Shown here in pieces: positions 63,185 to 64,000 of a stretch of 64,000 bases of DNA (position 1 is its first letter; every line of letters starts with the position of its first letter). This DNA is from an uncultured cyanobacterium (GTDB taxonomy: Bacteria; Cyanobacteriota; Cyanobacteriia; Phormidesmidales; Phormidesmidaceae), in contig CAWBZI010000001.1 in the NCBI GenBank assembly GCA_963793265.1, forward strand, positions 1,280,001-1,344,000, given 5' to 3'. The translations under genes and the position numbers were made by a program. The notes under the pieces are model-generated. The model was not told the origin of the DNA. It saw only the letters and a list, made by a program, of their open reading frames with translations, and searched no databases.

Positions 63185-63535
63185 ATGGTAAAGAGGGCGA
63201 AAAAGATGGTCACAGCGAATGAGCCAGCCAATCAGCTAGCAGGTGAGCCAGCCGGGAAGCCGGAAAGAGGTCAGGATGAAAAAATTACGGTAGCGGTGAG
63301 CGATCGCATTTGTAAACACATGAACCGCGACCACGCCGAAGCCGTCCTCACCTACGCCCAGCGCTACGGCAACCAGCAGTCGGCCACCGCCGCCACCCTC
63401 ACCGCCATTGACGACACCGGCATGGACTTACAGGCCGAAGTTGAGGGCAAAGCGCTACCCGTACGCGTCAGCTTTGATCACGCGCTAAAAGATGCCGCTG
63501 ATGCTCACCACACGCTAGTCGCGATGCTCAAGTAA
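63185..63535 (+). CDS. DUF2470 domain protein
   Basis: SDRICKHMNRDH...IDDTGMDL...FDH...AHHTLVAM. Start may be later. Confidence 0.85.
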   Translation: MVKRAKKMVTANEPANQLAGEPAGKPERGQDEKITVAVSDRICKHMNRDHAEAVLTYAQRYGNQQSATAATLTAIDDTGMDLQAEVEGKALPVRVSFDHALKDAADAHHTLVAMLK

Positions 63536-63551
63536 TTTACAAATTGTGTAA

Positions 63552-63803
63552 ATGACGACCGTAAATATCCACTTTATGCCGGACGATGTGACCACCACTG
63601 CGAAAGTAGGAGAGTCGTGGCTATCAGTAGCCGCCCGCGCAGGCGTTCAAATTTCAACCGGATGTCTGTCGGGAGCCTGCCACGCCTGTGAGATAGAAAT
63701 AGCAAGTGATGCAGGAGAGGAACCCGTACTCGCCTGCCTACAGACCGTTCCGCTGAGTACTGAGCCGATAGAGGTCAACCTGTTTAATGACCCAACTTGG
63801 TAG
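63552..63803 (+). CDS. 2Fe-2S ferredoxin-like protein
   Basis: GCLSGACHACE...AC pattern. Confidence 0.85.
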   Translation: MTTVNIHFMPDDVTTTAKVGESWLSVAARAGVQISTGCLSGACHACEIEIASDAGEEPVLACLQTVPLSTEPIEVNLFNDPTW

Positions 63804-64000
63804 AGTCTACTTCAGTCAATATCGGTAGGTATTAGTCACAGGCGGGTTGTTCGGTTTCACCCATAGCCGAACATAAACCGGCTTGTTACAGTACTAATAC
63901 GAACAAACAAGAGCGAAATAACTATAGAATCGCGTTCTATCAGTTCTTAAGATAGGTATTAAGCATGGATGATGTTACTGGGAACTTACCGGAGTTTATG

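Noticed and set aside
63991..64000. GGAG-TTT-ATG at the window end
   Set aside because: Possibly the start of the next gene, but there is no downstream sequence to support a call.

Overview
This is a 64 kb stretch of a beta-cyanobacterial chromosome. The HIP1 octamer GCGATCGC is pervasive, a beta-carboxysome operon ccmK2-K1-L-M-N-O lies divergent from ndhF4-ndhD4-cupB, and psbD, rpaA and a Rubisco activase are present. Most of it is core housekeeping: ftsY, nusB, mgtE, prlC, cobM, lgt, trmD, ispF, accC, a Cu-ATPase, miaA, gyrB, ho1, ktrB, tRNA-Asn and tRNA-Leu. The main anomaly is an accessory block at about 6.8-14.3 kb. It contains a chlN-chlB-chlL dark-operative protochlorophyllide reductase operon of the purple-bacterial/alpha-picocyanobacterial sequence type, not the beta-cyanobacterial type. 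Flanking it are a decayed type I R-M specificity-gene fragment, a small ORF with an apparent attenuator and antisense structured RNA, a higB-higA-Uma2 operon, a nested MITE-like repeat and an orphan antitoxin-like gene. Other points: an 880-aa CcmM with a degenerate gamma-CA site, five SSUL domains and a duplicated linker motif; a frameshift splitting ftsY; an internally duplicated NusB; two unannotated sRNAs (Yfr2-like and a PsrR1-sized candidate); and an SLH protein with PBP/beta-lactamase-like motifs. All family assignments come from recognising sequence motifs by eye; no database search was run.
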